63,801 bases of DNA, filler included, from Octopus bimaculoides (GCF_001194135.2; 4 parts of 4 records of this genome joined end to end with filler, not necessarily neighbours in it), one strand, 5' to 3'; counted from the whole stretch's first letter, positions 32,663 to 47,830 are shown. Notes: generated by a model not told the origin, from the letters alone. Program-made: numbers and translations.

Positions 32663-33299
32663 TGTATGTGTGTGTGTGTATACGCATACCTATTTACGTA
32701 TGTAGATGAACAAGTCAAATGAGCAGCAAAGAGACACAATTAAAACTAGTCACACCATTCTCCCGAGATATAGAACTTTAGATTTAGCAAAATAATTACT
32801 CACCCATCATAACGAACGTAAGAGAGATTGTCGTGCATAATGAAATCATGGACATCAATGACTTCTCTATGCTCCCTATCACTAATGAAAAAATTATTAT
32901 ATATCGATCTTGATTAGATTGTTGCATAATGTTTTGGTGTGACAAAACTCCAAATAACAGAATGCTCCGGAAATATATAACTCAGACCTATTTGCATTTG
33001 CAGTGTCAATACTTGTACAAACTGTTGTGATATTCGACTGGATATTAGACGAGGTCCACGGCTTGGACAACGATGGATACTGGTCATCACTGGCAACATC
33101 CGCATAAACAGCGGCGTTGGTAGGTTCTATGTGTAATGAATGAATGATGTTTGTCGGAAAAATTAAGCTAAACTGTTATTGACGTGCCATTGCATTAATC
33201 AAAATAATTGAATTTATTACATGCATCTTCATATGTGAGAGTAGCAGCATCTTCAGAGAACTACAGTGCAGTTTTTTTCTGAGACCACAAACGAAGGGA

Positions 33300-33900
33300 G
33301 AGTGGACAGGCCAACATAAACAAATGCTTGGAGCAGAACAAAGGCATCATACCAGCAAAATGCAATGCATTGGTACATATCTCGTACGTCGAGGAATATC
33401 ATATCGTGAGCTTTCCTGGGAAGTGTAGCCTTTGCTGGGCGTTTGAAAATACACATTTCATCTCACCTAGAAGAACGTCATCGTTATGCAAGAAAAGAGG
33501 ATAGCTACTAATTATCCCATAATCAAGAGAGGGAAAATGGCATTAATCCTCGACAATGCGATAGAAAATGTTGGCTCTGTTATGTCAGTATGGAAAGTAG
33601 CTCCCGCATCACTAGACACTGCTCCACAATGCTTCCGACATACTAACTGCCCATAAGGCATGATATAGTTCCAAATACTCTTTAGAATACTAACCACACG
33701 ATGATTTCGCTGACGCATATATGAAAGTCATGTCAGAACCAGCATGTATTCACTTTTAAAATCAAATGATACTAGTGGAACTCTCGAATAAAAATGGCTA
33801 TCGATGCAATCATAAAAGACCTGATGTTGTTCGGTACGGAGGCAATATATTTCACTGTACTTTAGGTTAGTATTTATGGTGAATTAAGACGAAAGTAGAG
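33300..33900 (+). mobile_element. Highly decayed R4/Dong-type (RLE) non-LTR retroelement
   Basis: Frameshifted remnants NVIVMQEKRIATNY, CDRKCWLC...RHC...PIRHDIV (CCHC knuckle plus RHD) and KRPDVV (PD motif). Confidence 0.5.
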
Positions 33901-35744
33901 CTCCAGTACCTTCACTGTAAGTGTATTCGGATATGTACTGACAAATCTTTTCCCAAAATCCAAGAAAGAATTGATCTTTCGAAGGAAGAGCTAAAGGAAC
34001 TGAACACTGATTCTCTCCAAAACAATCTTTTTAGCGGCGCAGTCAACTCATTCCTGTGATACCCTATCAAAGATTCGTTAGATGCATAGATGCAAACACT
34101 TCGTTGTGTGCATCAACAGATTAGCAAACACACCACCTTAGTTGCATATCTCCAAACACCAGCGAACCGACCGAACTCCCATAAGAATAACTTAAATAAG
34201 CCTGCAAGGAAAATCATACATAAACACAAATATCAGAATTACAAATATGACAACACGGCTGTATTGTTTCATCATGCTTTATTTTTGAATTGTAATCAAT
34301 GTCATTGTCGGCGTTACCCTTCGCCAGTATTTTATATCAGAATATATATTATCCAGCCTGTATTTCCACGAAATATTTATTTCAATAATATTTTTTAATA
34401 TCATGCTCAGCAATTTCGCACCATTTTTTCCTGGTAATTGGGAATCTGGAGATCCTCTTAAAACTTTAGCGATTTCAAATTATTCTCTGCATTAATGATA
34501 GTGACAGTTTATAATTGAAAACGAAAACATACATAATACATGCTTGTCGTGTCACATTAGTGTTCTCACTCTTTCTGACTCATGAAATATTTATGATTTC
34601 TAAACAACGTAAAATGCAGCTATATTAAGTGAATCATAACGATACAATATTTTGGGAGACGCTGCAAATAAACTGTGAACGAATTTATGGTATCTAATAC
34701 TCGAAAGTCTATGACAACACGAAAATAAAATCTAACCGGTTGTAGGTAAAGTACAAAATATACACACGAACACACACACCACTTATGCATGTTATGCACT
34801 GTTGTCTCTTCAGTTTAGAAAAGATAATTGTATCACTTGCACCATCGTTATTTTAAATGATTCTACGAAACGTTAGGAAAGAGTTCCGGGTTTATTTCTG
34901 TAGCGCGCCAACACATGTCAGCACATGGTTGTGCCACAATATGTCTACAGATCGAACAGTTACGAATTTCACTTGATAACTCGTGTAGGCTTTAAGAAAA
35001 AGCAGCTAAATTTTGTCGTTGTTTGCTTGATTTGATTTTATTAAATGTACATGGGCTTTTATGTGGAGAAGAGAAAACAAAGACAACATACCGAATGGAT
35101 TTGAAGCAAATGTTCACATAGAAGCACACGTTTCTTAAGAACCACACATAAGCACATATTCTGATATATTTAGACATAAAATTATCCATACCATCCTTTC
35201 ATACATTCCTTAACATTATTATATCCTTAATTTCATTGCTTATCTGTCTAATTTCTGAAGACAGACAGATATCCTAACTGATCCAGAATGATAATGACAC
35301 TTTTCATCAATGTAATAACTTAAATTGTCTCGTAATTATCATATTATTCTATTTTTTTTTGTGTGAGGTCCTATACGCAATTTTATTTCTTCGTAGAAAC
35401 GCAGGCACTTTCAAAAAATACAGTTTATAACACTGTAAAATGTGATTACACCTCTGATGATTAACGTCAAACATATATATATATATATATANNNNNNNNN
35501 NNNNNNNNNNNNNNNNNNNNNNNNNNNNNNNNNNNNNNNNNNNNNNNNNNNNNNNNNNNNNNNNNNNNNNNNNNNNNNNNNNNNNNNNNNNNNNNNNNNN
35601 NNNNNNNNNNNNNNNNNNNNNNNNNNNNNNNNNNNNNNNNNNNNNNNNNNNNNNNNNNNNNNNNNNNNNNNNNNNNNNNNNNNNNNATATACATGTATAT
35701 ACAATTCTACTGGTACATCTTCAGGTTGGTTTTCAACACTTTAA

Positions 35745-36260
35745 AATTAAGCTTTAAATTCAACAAAAAACTAAAAATTAAAACTTATTCTTTGTAAAGT
35801 TAATAATTAAAAATTATACATTTAACATTATAAATACGAAGTAGTAAGCATATATGAAACTTATAAAGCGAAGTATATAACGTCAAATACAAAATATAAG
35901 ATATGAAATATGCCTCAGAAGTGAAAAATAAGATAAAATATGTAGATACATATCCTTCTTTTATGGAAACTCTAAACGCCATTTTGAAAGCCATCTTGGT
36001 TCCATAAGTGGAGGATATGCATCTGCATTTTTTATGTTCTTTTTCATGTTGTATTGCAGTCATTTTTACTCTGTTGTATATTTCATATCTTATATTTTGT
36101 TCTTGATATTATATACTTGATGTAAATTTGATATATGTTTACTAATTCATATTTATAATGTATAATTTATAATTTATTATTCTTAATTGTGAAAATTACA
36201 ACGTATAATTCTTAATGTTTAATGTTTAATTTAATGTTGAATTGAACGTTTAATCTGAAA
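35745..36260. repeat. Old AT-rich foldback (~500 bp) with a 31-nt loop
   Basis: Perfect 23-bp inverted pair at 35889-35911 and 36078-36100. Pairing continues inward to ATGGAA (35963-35968) and TTCCAT (36000-36005), and outward imperfectly. Confidence 0.75.
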
Positions 36261-36719
36261 TTGATGTAAAATTAGATTACAACAATATTTTGAAAAGAAA
36301 TCGGAAGATGTGTTGATAGAACTGTATATATGTATATATATATATATATATATATNNNNNNNNNNNNNNNNNNNNNNNNNNNNNNNNNNNNNNNNNNNNN
36401 NNNNNNATATATAATGACATTGAAATTATAGCAATTTCGTATTTTCTTAAGAATATTTTTGTCATGCTGTGTAAATGTGTTAGTGAATAAAATGACACAT
36501 AAATTGGGAAAATATAAGGGAGGTAATTGGTGTTCGCTATTAATCGTGACAGGGGAGGTAATTGCTCATATTTTGGGGAGGGGAAAAATAAACATAAGAA
36601 AACTCAAATGCTAAAGTAGTGATATGTAGTATTTAATGTGATATGTATGTGAACATGAATTAAAATATATAATAAAACCACAGTTACTTATGCCTTCATA
36701 TTTGGTGTGTTCTGTATTT

Positions 36720-37330
36720 TCGACAAATATCTTTATATTTATTTAAACCTTCTTGTATAGAGAATGTTTCTTTGGACTAGAGGATTGGGAAGACTGTGAA
36801 GTTTGATTGGATATCATCTGCACCTTATTCTATGCTCACAGAAAGGAAGCTCTTTGTACTATGGGAAACGGATCAGCTTCTTATGCAGTGTAGCTTTTCG
36901 TCTAAGATTCATACATATCTATCCTACATAGTTATGTCCACAACCTGAACAAGTTATAACATAAATGAGGTTCTCGGAAGCACAAGTGAAGTTGTTTTTA
37001 ATTGTGAATCTCTCTCCTTGCACAAGAATTCAAGCCTTCCAACAAATTGTGGCATACTCCACGATTTTTGCGTCTACATTATATAAACATTTGTTTCGTG
37101 ATTGTAGTGTAATGTTTTGCATTTGTCAGAAGTCGTTTCAGCGATTTGTGTTGCATTTTGTATTTGATAACACCTACTATCGTACAAAATGCGGAACTGC
37201 GATGTGAAGGAATGCAACACATGTCCTTGCGAACCTAATAATGGGATATCTTGAATTTTCCATGTATAAGTGCCACTGCAAAAAACATGGACATCCATTT
37301 CACCAGTATATAAAAGAAAACTAGAAAACA
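36720..37330 (-). mobile_element. Penelope-like element GIY-YIG endonuclease relic
   Basis: Minus-strand NNFTCASENLIYVITCSGCGHNYVG. Confidence 0.75.
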
Positions 37331-37339
37331 TATCTGGAT

Positions 37340-38090
37340 GTCTGCTTTATCATTTGGAATGTGACCCTAGACAAACATTTGGAATTTAAATCAATGCTAA
37401 ATAATATAAACACTCTTATTCAGTTTACAATGGAATATAGTAAAGAAGAGGACATTTTATTAAATATCATTGTTAAAAGAGTCAACAACCAAATTGTAAC
37501 ATATATTTATCAACCAACGGACTTGCAACTTTATCTTTTTAGCTTATGCCACCCACAACACAATAGTTTCTGTTGGAAATATCCGAGACTTCCATATTCA
37601 AGACCTCAGAAGAACACTAACTATCTATCCTCATTTATAGGTGATAGAATTAAGTCTTCCACGCAATTAATCATTAAAACATTATCGTAAACGAAACGTA
37701 AAACCACACCACATCTCAAAACACTACCGTATATATCAACTCACAACACTAGAAACAATGAGGCATACAACACTATTTTATAAAATCTACCTATGCTCAC
37801 TAGGGCTCCAAAAACATCTCTGTTATAACGTTTTTCAGGTGGTGGACATACATATATGGGGACAGACAAGTATGGCACTTAGACCAATAACCACACGGCA
37901 TCAGGAAAAGATACGTTTTACACAATACAAACAGATTCTTTTCAGTAAACACATACAGAATTGTGCAGGTAATATCTAACCAAACTTCACAGTTCTCTCC
38001 ATCTACCAGTGCAAAGAAACAATTGCTGTACAAGAATGTTTAAATAAGGAAATGTATTTATCAAGAAATAGAGAACAGGCTTAAATATGA
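37340..38090 (+). mobile_element. Penelope-like element RT C-terminus/thumb plus GIY-YIG relic
   Basis: LEFKSMLNNINTLIQFTMEYSKEE, PTDLQLYL, CHPQH and GQTSMALR...KHIQNCAG. Confidence 0.75.
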
Positions 38091-39349
38091 ACGCATAACC
38101 AACTGTGGTTTCCATATTCATTTTAATTCATGTTCACATACATATCCCTGTAAATACTTCATCTAATTTAGCTTTTGCATTTTTCTATATCTATTCATCC
38201 ACTCCCTAAACTATGAGCAATTACTTCCCTTGTAACGAATAATAACGATCACCAATTAGCTCTAATTAGATATTTCTACATGTTGATCAATTTTATTTAC
38301 AAATTCACATGCACATCATGAACTAAAAGGTTCTTAAGGAAATACGAAATTATAATAATTTCAACGTCCTCTTTTGTGAAAGCGAAATCGGTCGAGAAAC
38401 ACAATTCTCTTTTGCTTATAAAATATATTGAAAAATATATGAAAACTATGTAAACTGCGTGCATTTTAGTTCCCTTGTTTTGTATATATAATTGGCGTTA
38501 CAACTCACCACATGGGGACAATCGAAATTCTCCTCCTTTCTTTTTATTACAATATATATGTATTTATACATGTTANNNNNNNNNNNNNNNNNNNNNNNNN
38601 NNNNNNNNNNNNNNNNNNNNNNNNNNNNNNNNNNNNNNNNNNNNNNNNNNNNNNNNNNNNNNNNNNNNNNNNNNNNNNNNNNNNNNNNNNNNNNNNNNNN
38701 NNNNNNNNNNNNNNNNNNNNNNNNNNNNNNNNNNNNNNNNNNNNNNNNNNNATATATATATATATATATATATATACATATGTACATACATATATATATG
38801 CATATGTATGTACATAGTACATATATGCGTAAGGACATATATGTGTGGGTGTGCATGTGTGGGCGTGTGGGCGTCTGAAAACACGCACACATGCATAATA
38901 CTTGAAATCTGTGTGGTTTTGTGTATTTATATGTGGTAGTGCATCTTTAAGCTGTGATGTTACAACTTGTAGCTAATTATTAGTTTATTGAATATCATTA
39001 TTAAATTCAATAAACTGAATTAATTATTCAAGCTAGTCTACAAATTTGGATATAGAACATACACATATAATCTTATAAATTTAAATTAAGTGTCTATCAT
39101 CCGTAAAAGAGAAATTTTCTTTTAATTATTTTGCTGTGTTAATATTCAGGTCCAACCGAATTCAAATGTGTATATTGATATCATTGTCATAGCTAAATGT
39201 CTGAATCTACCTTGATAGCGTTTATGTGACTGTGACTCTTAAAGGAGCTAGCAACTAAATGTCACTGAAATCAAATGCAACTCTCTTAAATTACGAACAA
39301 GATGTATATTACATTTGTAGACGCATTGTGAATTGACGCATTAGAAACA

Positions 39350-40060
39350 TGTTGTGAACGCAATGCGTTTGAGTCGCTTCGCGCTTTCGTTCAATATTGT
39401 GTAAAGCACCTTCATTACGAACATTTCTAGAAAGATGTAACGTTTGCAAAAATAATATGTACCAATTGATGAAAATGTCAGTATCTGTAAAACAAAAGGG
39501 AAAATTGAGAAAGACACCCGTCCAGTCATATATGCATGATGGCAACTGAATGGATTCGATAAAAAAAACATCTAACGCTAACATTTGTATTTATTCAAAC
39601 TCTTACGACCACATATTTTGCAAGTTTTTCTACAAATTTTTTATCTACCAATTTTCACTCAGCATGAGAATATGATGGCAGGGTGGTACTCTGAGATACC
39701 CTTCTAAGTGAAATAACATAATTTCCTTCAGTCTAAAGCGAAGGTTTTGAAGGAGATAACCATGTCTGTGTTTTTAAAATTTTCAAAGGAAGCTATTTTG
39801 TATATTTGCATGCCAGATTGATCATGAACACACGAAAAATTATTCGCATATTAACATTTAGTAGACTTTTCTGTATATTTGGTAGAATTTTCTCTACTAA
39901 GCTGTAGATGCATTCGATGGTTGGCTTACGGCTCTTAAAATAGGGATCGTACCTCGTAAGATCATCTGAACGCCGGCAAAAGAAGATGAATTTACAGCAT
40001 TTTTTTATAGGTATTTAGACGTTATCTGCGATGCTGCACTGTATATCAATGGATTTATAC
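39350..40060 (+). mobile_element. Possible decayed piggyBac-type transposase
   Basis: Remnants AMRLSRF, IDENV, AVDAFD and FYRYLDVICDAALY occur in piggyBac motif order; heavily degenerate. Confidence 0.4.
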
Positions 40061-42320
40061 ATTCTGTTTATATACTACGAAATATTTTTTTTTTTTTTGT
40101 AATTTATCTACAGTTCAGTCATGGTACATTTACTAACATACTAGAGTAAGAGTAAATCTTAAAATTCCCACGATTTAAAAACAAAATAAAGATCATTATT
40201 ACATTGATAGAGTATTTACTAATGCATTTATATTTCGCTGCCTTCCGCAAGTTACGGAATTCCTTACATTTCGCATTTTCTTATATATAACATGCCTCAA
40301 TATGGGCATCATTAATAAACAAAGATGAAATTTGTAGAGAAAGGTTTGTTCCAATGTTAGTTTATGGCTATATATATAATAATAATAATTTACCTAATAT
40401 ACCCCATTTAGAAACAGCATAAATAGACATAATATAATACGGAAGACAACATGAAGAATATAAAGCTATCCTCATTCACTTTCATCAAAGAAATTTAACC
40501 TAAATTGAAAAGACAAACTACTCAAGAGAAATATATTTCTAGCTTTATCTCATAATAAAATGGTTATAAAATAAAATTTCACATAAATTATATGGCGGGC
40601 GATATTTGGTAAAATACTTTTTTTATCCTATTCTAGCTTACGACGTAATATATGCATATTTTATGAATAAACATACTGTGTTTTGTTATAAAATTTCAAA
40701 GTAGACTGATATATAAAATGATGGCCATGATTTCTCACTACCAAACGATCTGCGAATGAATAACAATCTTTTGTTTTCCATAATTGCTACTTCTGCGTAG
40801 TGAGTATGTGTGGTAATACAGAGTTTGTCGAATATCGACTTTTTATATGTCTTTTATATATAAACTATGTATAAACTATTTACATGACTTTTATGTATCA
40901 AAGCACCCGAGGATTAACATTCCTACTGCTGCAGTAGTTACTTTTTTCCTATGGTTAACTGACTGTTTAAATGTCTGCCTCCACTGAGCAAGAACTCGGT
41001 CTGCTTCTACTCATATCCTGTGATGGTTTAATGCAGCCTAAGTTAGTAACAGAAGATCGATCCGCTAATTTGGTGGTCATATTTTGCTTTCCCATTTTGT
41101 AGGATTCCATAATGACGTGTCATATGATTTTTCTTTCTCCAATAATTACCGTCTCAAACATATTTCTCTATACACCCTTCATGTTCTAAAATAATATAGC
41201 ATGAATAAAAATTGTGTACTCATATCAAATACTGATTTCTAAATATGCTAATTTTCGGGAAAATAATTCAGATAACAGTAAAGAGGACAGGCTGATTAAA
41301 TTATCTAGTATCCAGTTATTTTACGGAGAATAATGTATTATAAAATTGTCCAGTGGGGAAATCATTTTCTAAGTGAAGATGATTATATTAGTTCATTTTC
41401 CACACTATACGCAGTTAATTTTCGCATAATTGTTACTATCTGAATTATTATAAATCATTGCGGAGCAGAGGGATTTGAAGAAATGGGATAATTTTATTCT
41501 AATGTGTATTGCAGCAATGCGTAAAAATGAAACTTTAATAAACCGAAAGAGCTTTAAAGCATTAAACTAAAATTTACGAAAATCAGATTTAATATTGCAG
41601 GGTGCGATGAAATTTAAATGTATTTAAAATGTATACATCGGTTTGCAGTGAATATTGTCTAGTACACCTATGAAACCTTGTCCATGAAAAATGGAAAAAA
41701 TATTACACAACACATATATCCATAGAAGTATGAACATCTCTATACAAATAAAACTTACTAATTTTAATTTCTAAGTTTTGATTCGAAAGTTGATTTGTAA
41801 TTGCCCTCTAGATAGAATCTATATGTCTTGCATATCATAATATAGTTCATTATGTACAACTAGTTTTTATTCTCAAATGGCTAATTTCACAGCGTACATT
41901 TTTTACAATATCAAGCATTATGAGCATTATATATGTATATATATATATATATATATNNNNNNNNNNNNNNNNNNNNNNNNNNNNNNNNNNNNNNNNNNNN
42001 NNNNNNNNNNNNNNNNNNNNNNNNNNNNNNNNNNNNNNNNNNNNNNNNNNNNNNNNNNNNNNNNNNNNNNNNNNNNNNNNNNNNNNNNNNNNNNNNNNNN
42101 NNNNNNNNNNNNNNNNNNNNNNNNNNNNNNNNNNNNNNNNNNNNNNNNNNNNNNNNNNNNNNNNNNNNNNNNNNNATATATATATATATAATTATTTTTG
42201 TTGTATTGCACGAACTAAATGTCGGAGGGGGACGAGATGAACTATCTGCATCAACTTACTATAAAAGCAGTTTGTAATTGTACCGTTTCTTTTGTTAGTG
42301 CGCTTCGATTTTAAGCTATA

Positions 42321-42960
42321 ATGAAAGTGACAAATGAGCATATTCTGCATACTTTATATATTATGAGTTTAATAAAGGCGACAAGGCAACGGAAATTGCG
42401 AGGAATATTAATACACCATATGGGAATCGGAAATAAAAGTAAGCCAGTATCAACAGTGGTTCCAAAATTTCCAAGCCTGAAGCGACAATCTAAAAGGCGA
42501 GATGAGTCCTGGAAGATCTGGAGAGCCCGCCGAGGACTTTCCTGCAAACCTTGATGAATCAGAATCCCAGCGTAACTATTGATGAGTTAGCATAGAAACT
42601 TGGATATGGTCATACAACCATTCATGGGCCCAAGAGCACCACCGGAAAAGTCAGCAAATTGGGTCAGTGGGTTCGTCAGAATGTCTCCGCAATTTATCGC
42701 GCGCAGAGAATGAATGTGTACACTTTACTTTCACATCTCACGATGAACCTTCTTTGAAACGAATAGTGACTAGTGCCGAGAAACGGATTCTCTATAAAGA
42801 TATCAAGTGCCGAAGAGAGAGGTTGGAAAAGGAGAAGCATGCACCTCAGGTGTAAGATATTGTTATATTTATTTTTCCACTTTGAACTTTTAAACTCAAA
42901 GCAAACGACAATAAATGAGATCTGCTGCGAACAGTTCGAGCGGCATAAGTTCTTGGGATA
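42321..42960 (+). mobile_element. Mariner (DD34D-type) transposase relic
   Basis: MKVTNEHILH, YEFNKGDKATEIARNIN, NPSVTIDELA, GKVSKLGQWV (WVPHEL-like) and KRIVTSAEKRILY (RIVTGDEKW-like; first D lost). Confidence 0.8.
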
Positions 42961-44199
42961 TCATACTAAACTTATACACATAAAGTGAGTCAAATTCACT
43001 TCTTATGAAATTTAATTAATGTTATGGTTTTTCCATTATGAATAATGCCAGGCAAAGAGAGAGAGAGAGAGAGAGTGAGAGACAGAGAGAGAAAAAGAAG
43101 ACTGAGAGAGAAAGAAATACAATTTTGTAATTTGCTCAATGTGAACGAATTATACCTTATAATTTTGCAGTTTAAAATGATAAAGTGAAAAGAGTAAGTA
43201 TGAAGCTATTCAGTATTCATTCAAATAATGTCTGGGTGTTATTTATATATAGTTATACATAAATACAAAAGTTTACATATTCATGCGTGTATAAACGCAT
43301 GCATACATATATGTGTGTTTGTGTGTGTATACATATAGATAGATGAATACATATATATATATATATATATANNNNNNNNNNNNNNNNNNNNNNNNNNNNN
43401 NNNNNNNNNNNNNNNNNNNNNNNNNNNNNNNNNNNNNNNNNNNNNNNNNNNNNNNNNNNNNNNNNNNNNNNNNNNNNNNNNNNNNNNNNNNNNNNNNNNN
43501 NNNNNNNNNNNNNNNNNNNNNNNNNNNNNNNNNNNNNNNNNNNNNNNNNNNNNNNNNNNNNNNNNNNNNNNNNNNNNNNNNNNNNNNNNNNNNNNNNNNN
43601 NNNNNNNNNNNNNNNNNNNNNNNNNNNNNNNNNNNNNNNNNNNNNNNNNNNNNNNNNNNNNNNNNNNNNNNNNNNNNNNNNNNNNNNNNNNNNNNNNNNN
43701 NNNNNNNNNNNNNNNNNNNNNNNNNNNNNNNNNNNNNNNNNNNNNNNNNNNNNNNNNNNNNNNNNNNNNNNNNNNNNNNNNNNNNNNNNNNNNNNNNNNN
43801 NNNNNNNNNNNNNNNNNNNNNNNNNNNNNNNNNNNNNNNNNNNNNNNNNNNNNNNNNNNNNNNNNNNNNNNNNNNNNNNNNNNNNNNNNNNNNNNNNNNN
43901 NNNNNNNNNNNNNNNNNNNNNNNNNNNNNNNNNNNNNNNNNNNNNNNNNNNNNNNNNNNNNNNNNNNNNNNNNNNNNNNNNNNNNNNNNNNNNNNNNNNN
44001 NNNNNNNNNNNNNNNNNNNNNNNNNNNNNNNNNNNNNNNNNNNNNNNNNNNNNNNNNNNNNNNNNNNNNNNNNNNNNNNNNNNNNNNNNNNNNNNNNNNN
44101 NNNNNNNNNNNNNNNNNNNNNNNNNNNNNNNNNNNNNNNNNNNNNNNNNNNNNNNNNNNNNNNNNNNNNNNNNNNNNNNNNNNNNNNNNNNNNNNNNNN

Positions 44200-44242
<43 letters not shown>

Positions 44243-44282
44243 CACACACACACACATATATACATATGTGTGTGTGCGCGGA

Positions 44283-44313
<31 letters not shown>

Positions 44314-45492
44314 GCGTGCGTGTGTGTGTGTGTGTGTATGTGTGTTTGTGTGTATACAACCTCGGTTATTTATTACGAATTCACTAATGATTTGAGAAAT
44401 TCTATTCGTAATTGTTTTTTACTTAGAAAATTATTTCTTCTCTCTAGACGAGCGAAATTTTAAACTGTAGTAAGATTATAAATACATATGCAAATATATA
44501 TCATTTTAGAAAAATTGAATTCGTGACGAAAATGTCTTATGGATGCAAAGTACCATTGTACATAAACAATAATGGAGATGGGGTGTTCATAGTATTTATA
44601 ATGGAAAATGACATACAGCAATATATGTGGGCTAATAGGGAGAATATAATAATCATATGGTCATTGTACTCGCTCTCCAAGGAAATATATTTTGTAAACA
44701 AATTTGGAATATGGCCGATTACTAGTTAACACAGAGAGATACTGCAAGTTTAAAACAGAGTATCATTATGATAAACATAAGCTTCAGAATTTACCGAATA
44801 AGAGGCAGTGAATTCGTAATTTACTTGACATGTACGTTTAAAGTAATTGGTTAAATTATATATTTAATATACTTTTAGCGTACTCATAAAGAAGAAATTT
44901 GTGCAACGAACAGCAAGAAAAGTCATTTAAAAGTTGTGTACAGAATAATTGGATTTCTCACAAATCTCACAACTGATATCTGTAAACAATGGATTAATTA
45001 AATTTTTGGAGATTTCATTTCAAAAACTAAAATAATATATTGCATTTAGGAAAAAATTATAGCAATCAAATCAACTAAGAATGTCTAAATGTGATATAAC
45101 TTTGACTTTTTGCTATTAAACAAAATCTCGCAGTGACTAATATTGATAAAGAAATAATTAGATGTAAATATTTGTATACGAGGATTTATAACAAAATATC
45201 ATTATTGACAACGTTTTACTCACATTGACAACTACGTAAAAATAACCTATTTTAATTTGTACTAGCAATTTACTATACTTGACAAATGAAAACTCTGATA
45301 CACACGATGCAAATAGTTTGCGCGAATATCATGTTTGTGTAGCATGATCAGCTTGAGCCCAATTATTGCACCTCATTTTCTTGATACTGTTAAAGGAAAG
45401 AGAAGTATGTGGCTTCCATTTTACTTGGTATTAACGTAATGTACATTCTTTGCCCACTTGCTAGATATAAAAGTTAATATGAGGAGGAAAAA

Positions 45493-45713
45493 GGCGGTGA
45501 GCTGACTGAAACTTTAACACCCCGGGCGAAATGCTTAGCGGTATTTCGTCTGCCGTTATGTTCTGAGTTCAAATTCCGCCGAGGTCAACTTTGCCTTTCA
45601 TCCTTTCGGGGTCGATAAATTAAGTATCAGTTACGCACTGGAATCGACGTAATCGACTTAATCCTTCTTTGTCCCCTCTATGTTTAGCCACTTGTGGGCA
45701 ATAAAGAAATAAA
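45493..45713 (+). mobile_element. tRNA-derived SINE family A
   Basis: GGCGGTGAGCTG...GAGTTCAAATTCC (B box)...GGGCAATAAAGAAATAA. Confidence 0.9.
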
Positions 45714-46777
45714 TATGAGAAGAAAATGTATGTGTATTTTCTCATGCCTGTGAAGAAGATTTCGATTCCACTATGGCTGAAATGATACTTCATCTCAGGT
45801 ATCGTAGTGCTCAAAATGAGCCAAAACTGTGTATCTTGCACACTGTGAAGGACAATATTTCTTCTCGGCACAAACAGTTTGCAATATTGCGCAGGGAAAT
45901 AAGTTGACGTGCTGACAGAATCGTTAATACGCCTTGGAAAATGCATTGCGACATCACGTCCGTCTATACATTCTGAACTCACGTACCAACGAGGATGACT
46001 TTGTCTTTCATATGCTCGGGGTCGATTAAGTAAGTACCAGTTAACACTGTGATCCCTGTAATCGACTGATAACCTCTCTTGAAATTGCTGGCTTTGTAGC
46101 AAACTTTGAAACCAATGTCTCGCAGTGATATATTGCTGTAAGCAATATGAAAATCTACGTCTACTACCTGAATTATATCTAGCCAGTATGTGGGGGGGGG
46201 GGTTCATATTGATTCCGAATATAGCATGAAAAAGAATTGGTCTGAATCATTGTAAAAATTTTGGATTTTATCATATTTTCATTAATATTCCAGAAAATTA
46301 CGGTAAACATTTTAATATCTAGATTTACATACATCTCAGAATATTTTTGATTTGACCGCAAATGAACAGTATTATATTAATATTATACACTCAATGAAAA
46401 TATATGCGCATTAAAATACATGACAGATATAGAAATAAATGTTATTAATATTCCAGGCAGAAATATGGAGGCATCCATCTGTTTCTGTAATAAAATTATT
46501 TTGATCAATTCACGTTGATGCAGGTTTTGATATTTCTTGTTGTTATAATTATTCGGATAATCTCGCTTTCGAAATATATCATATATAAACTAATATGTCT
46601 CTTGCTATCATTGCCGCCATGTTAATTAACATAAACATTGGAATTTTCGTGATGCTGAGAATTCCAAACGATTTATCAATGCACTCAACATACTAATGGA
46701 ATGATCTTGTCAAGCATCGCAGAAAATATTGGACGTATTGTACGTTATCCATAAAATGAAAACTATGTATGCACACA

Positions 46778-46818
<41 letters not shown>

Positions 46819-47798
46819 NNNNNNNNNNNNNNNNNNNNNNNNNNNNNNNNNNNNNNNNNNNNNNNNNNNNNNNNNNNNNNNNNNNNNNNNNNNNNNNNNN
46901 NNNNNNNNNNNNNNNNNNNNNNNNNNNNNNNNNNNNNNNNNNNNNNNNNNNNNNNNNNNNNNNNNNNNNNNNNNNNNNNNNNNNNNNNNNNNNNNNNNNN
47001 NNNNNNNNNNNNNNNNNNNNNNNNNNNNNNNNNNNNNNNNNNNNNNNNNNNNNNNNNNNNNNNNNNNNNNNNNNNNNNNNNNNNNNNNNNNNNNNNNNNN
47101 NNNNNNNNNNNNNNNNNNNNNNNNNNNNNNNNNNNNNNNNNNNNNNNNNNNNNNNNNNNNNNNNNNNNNNNNNNNNNNNNNNNNNNNNNNNNNNNNNNNN
47201 NNNNNNNNNNNNNNNNNNNNNNNNNNNNNNNNNNNNNNNNNNNNNNNNNNNNNNNNNNNNNNNNNNNNNNNNNNNNNNNNNNNNNNNNNNNNNNNNNNNN
47301 NNNNNNNNNNNNNNNNNNNNNNNNNNNNNNNNNNNNNNNNNNNNNNNNNNNNNNNNNNNNNNNNNNNNNNNNNNNNNNNNNNNNNNNNNNNNNNNNNNNN
47401 NNNNNNNNNNNNNNNNNNNNNNNNNNNNNNNNNNNNNNNNNNNNNNNNNNNNNNNNNNNNNNNNNNNNNNNNNNNNNNNNNNNNNNNNNNNNNNNNNNNN
47501 NNNNNNNNNNNNNNNNNNNNNNNNNNNNNNNNNNNNNNNNNNNNNNNNNNNNNNNNNNNNNNNNNNNNNNNNNNNNNNNNNNNNNNNNNNNNNNNNNNNN
47601 NNNNNNNNNNNNNNNNNNNNNNNNNNNNNNNNNNNNNNNNNNNNNNNNNNNNNNNNNNNNNNNNNNNNNNNNNNNNNNNNNNNNNNNNNNNNNNNNNNNN
47701 NNNNNNNNNNNNNNNNNNNNNNNNNNNNNNNNNNNNNNNNNNNNNNNNNNNNNNNNNNNNNNNNNNNTATATATATATATATACACACATATGTGTGT

Positions 47799-47830
<32 letters not shown>

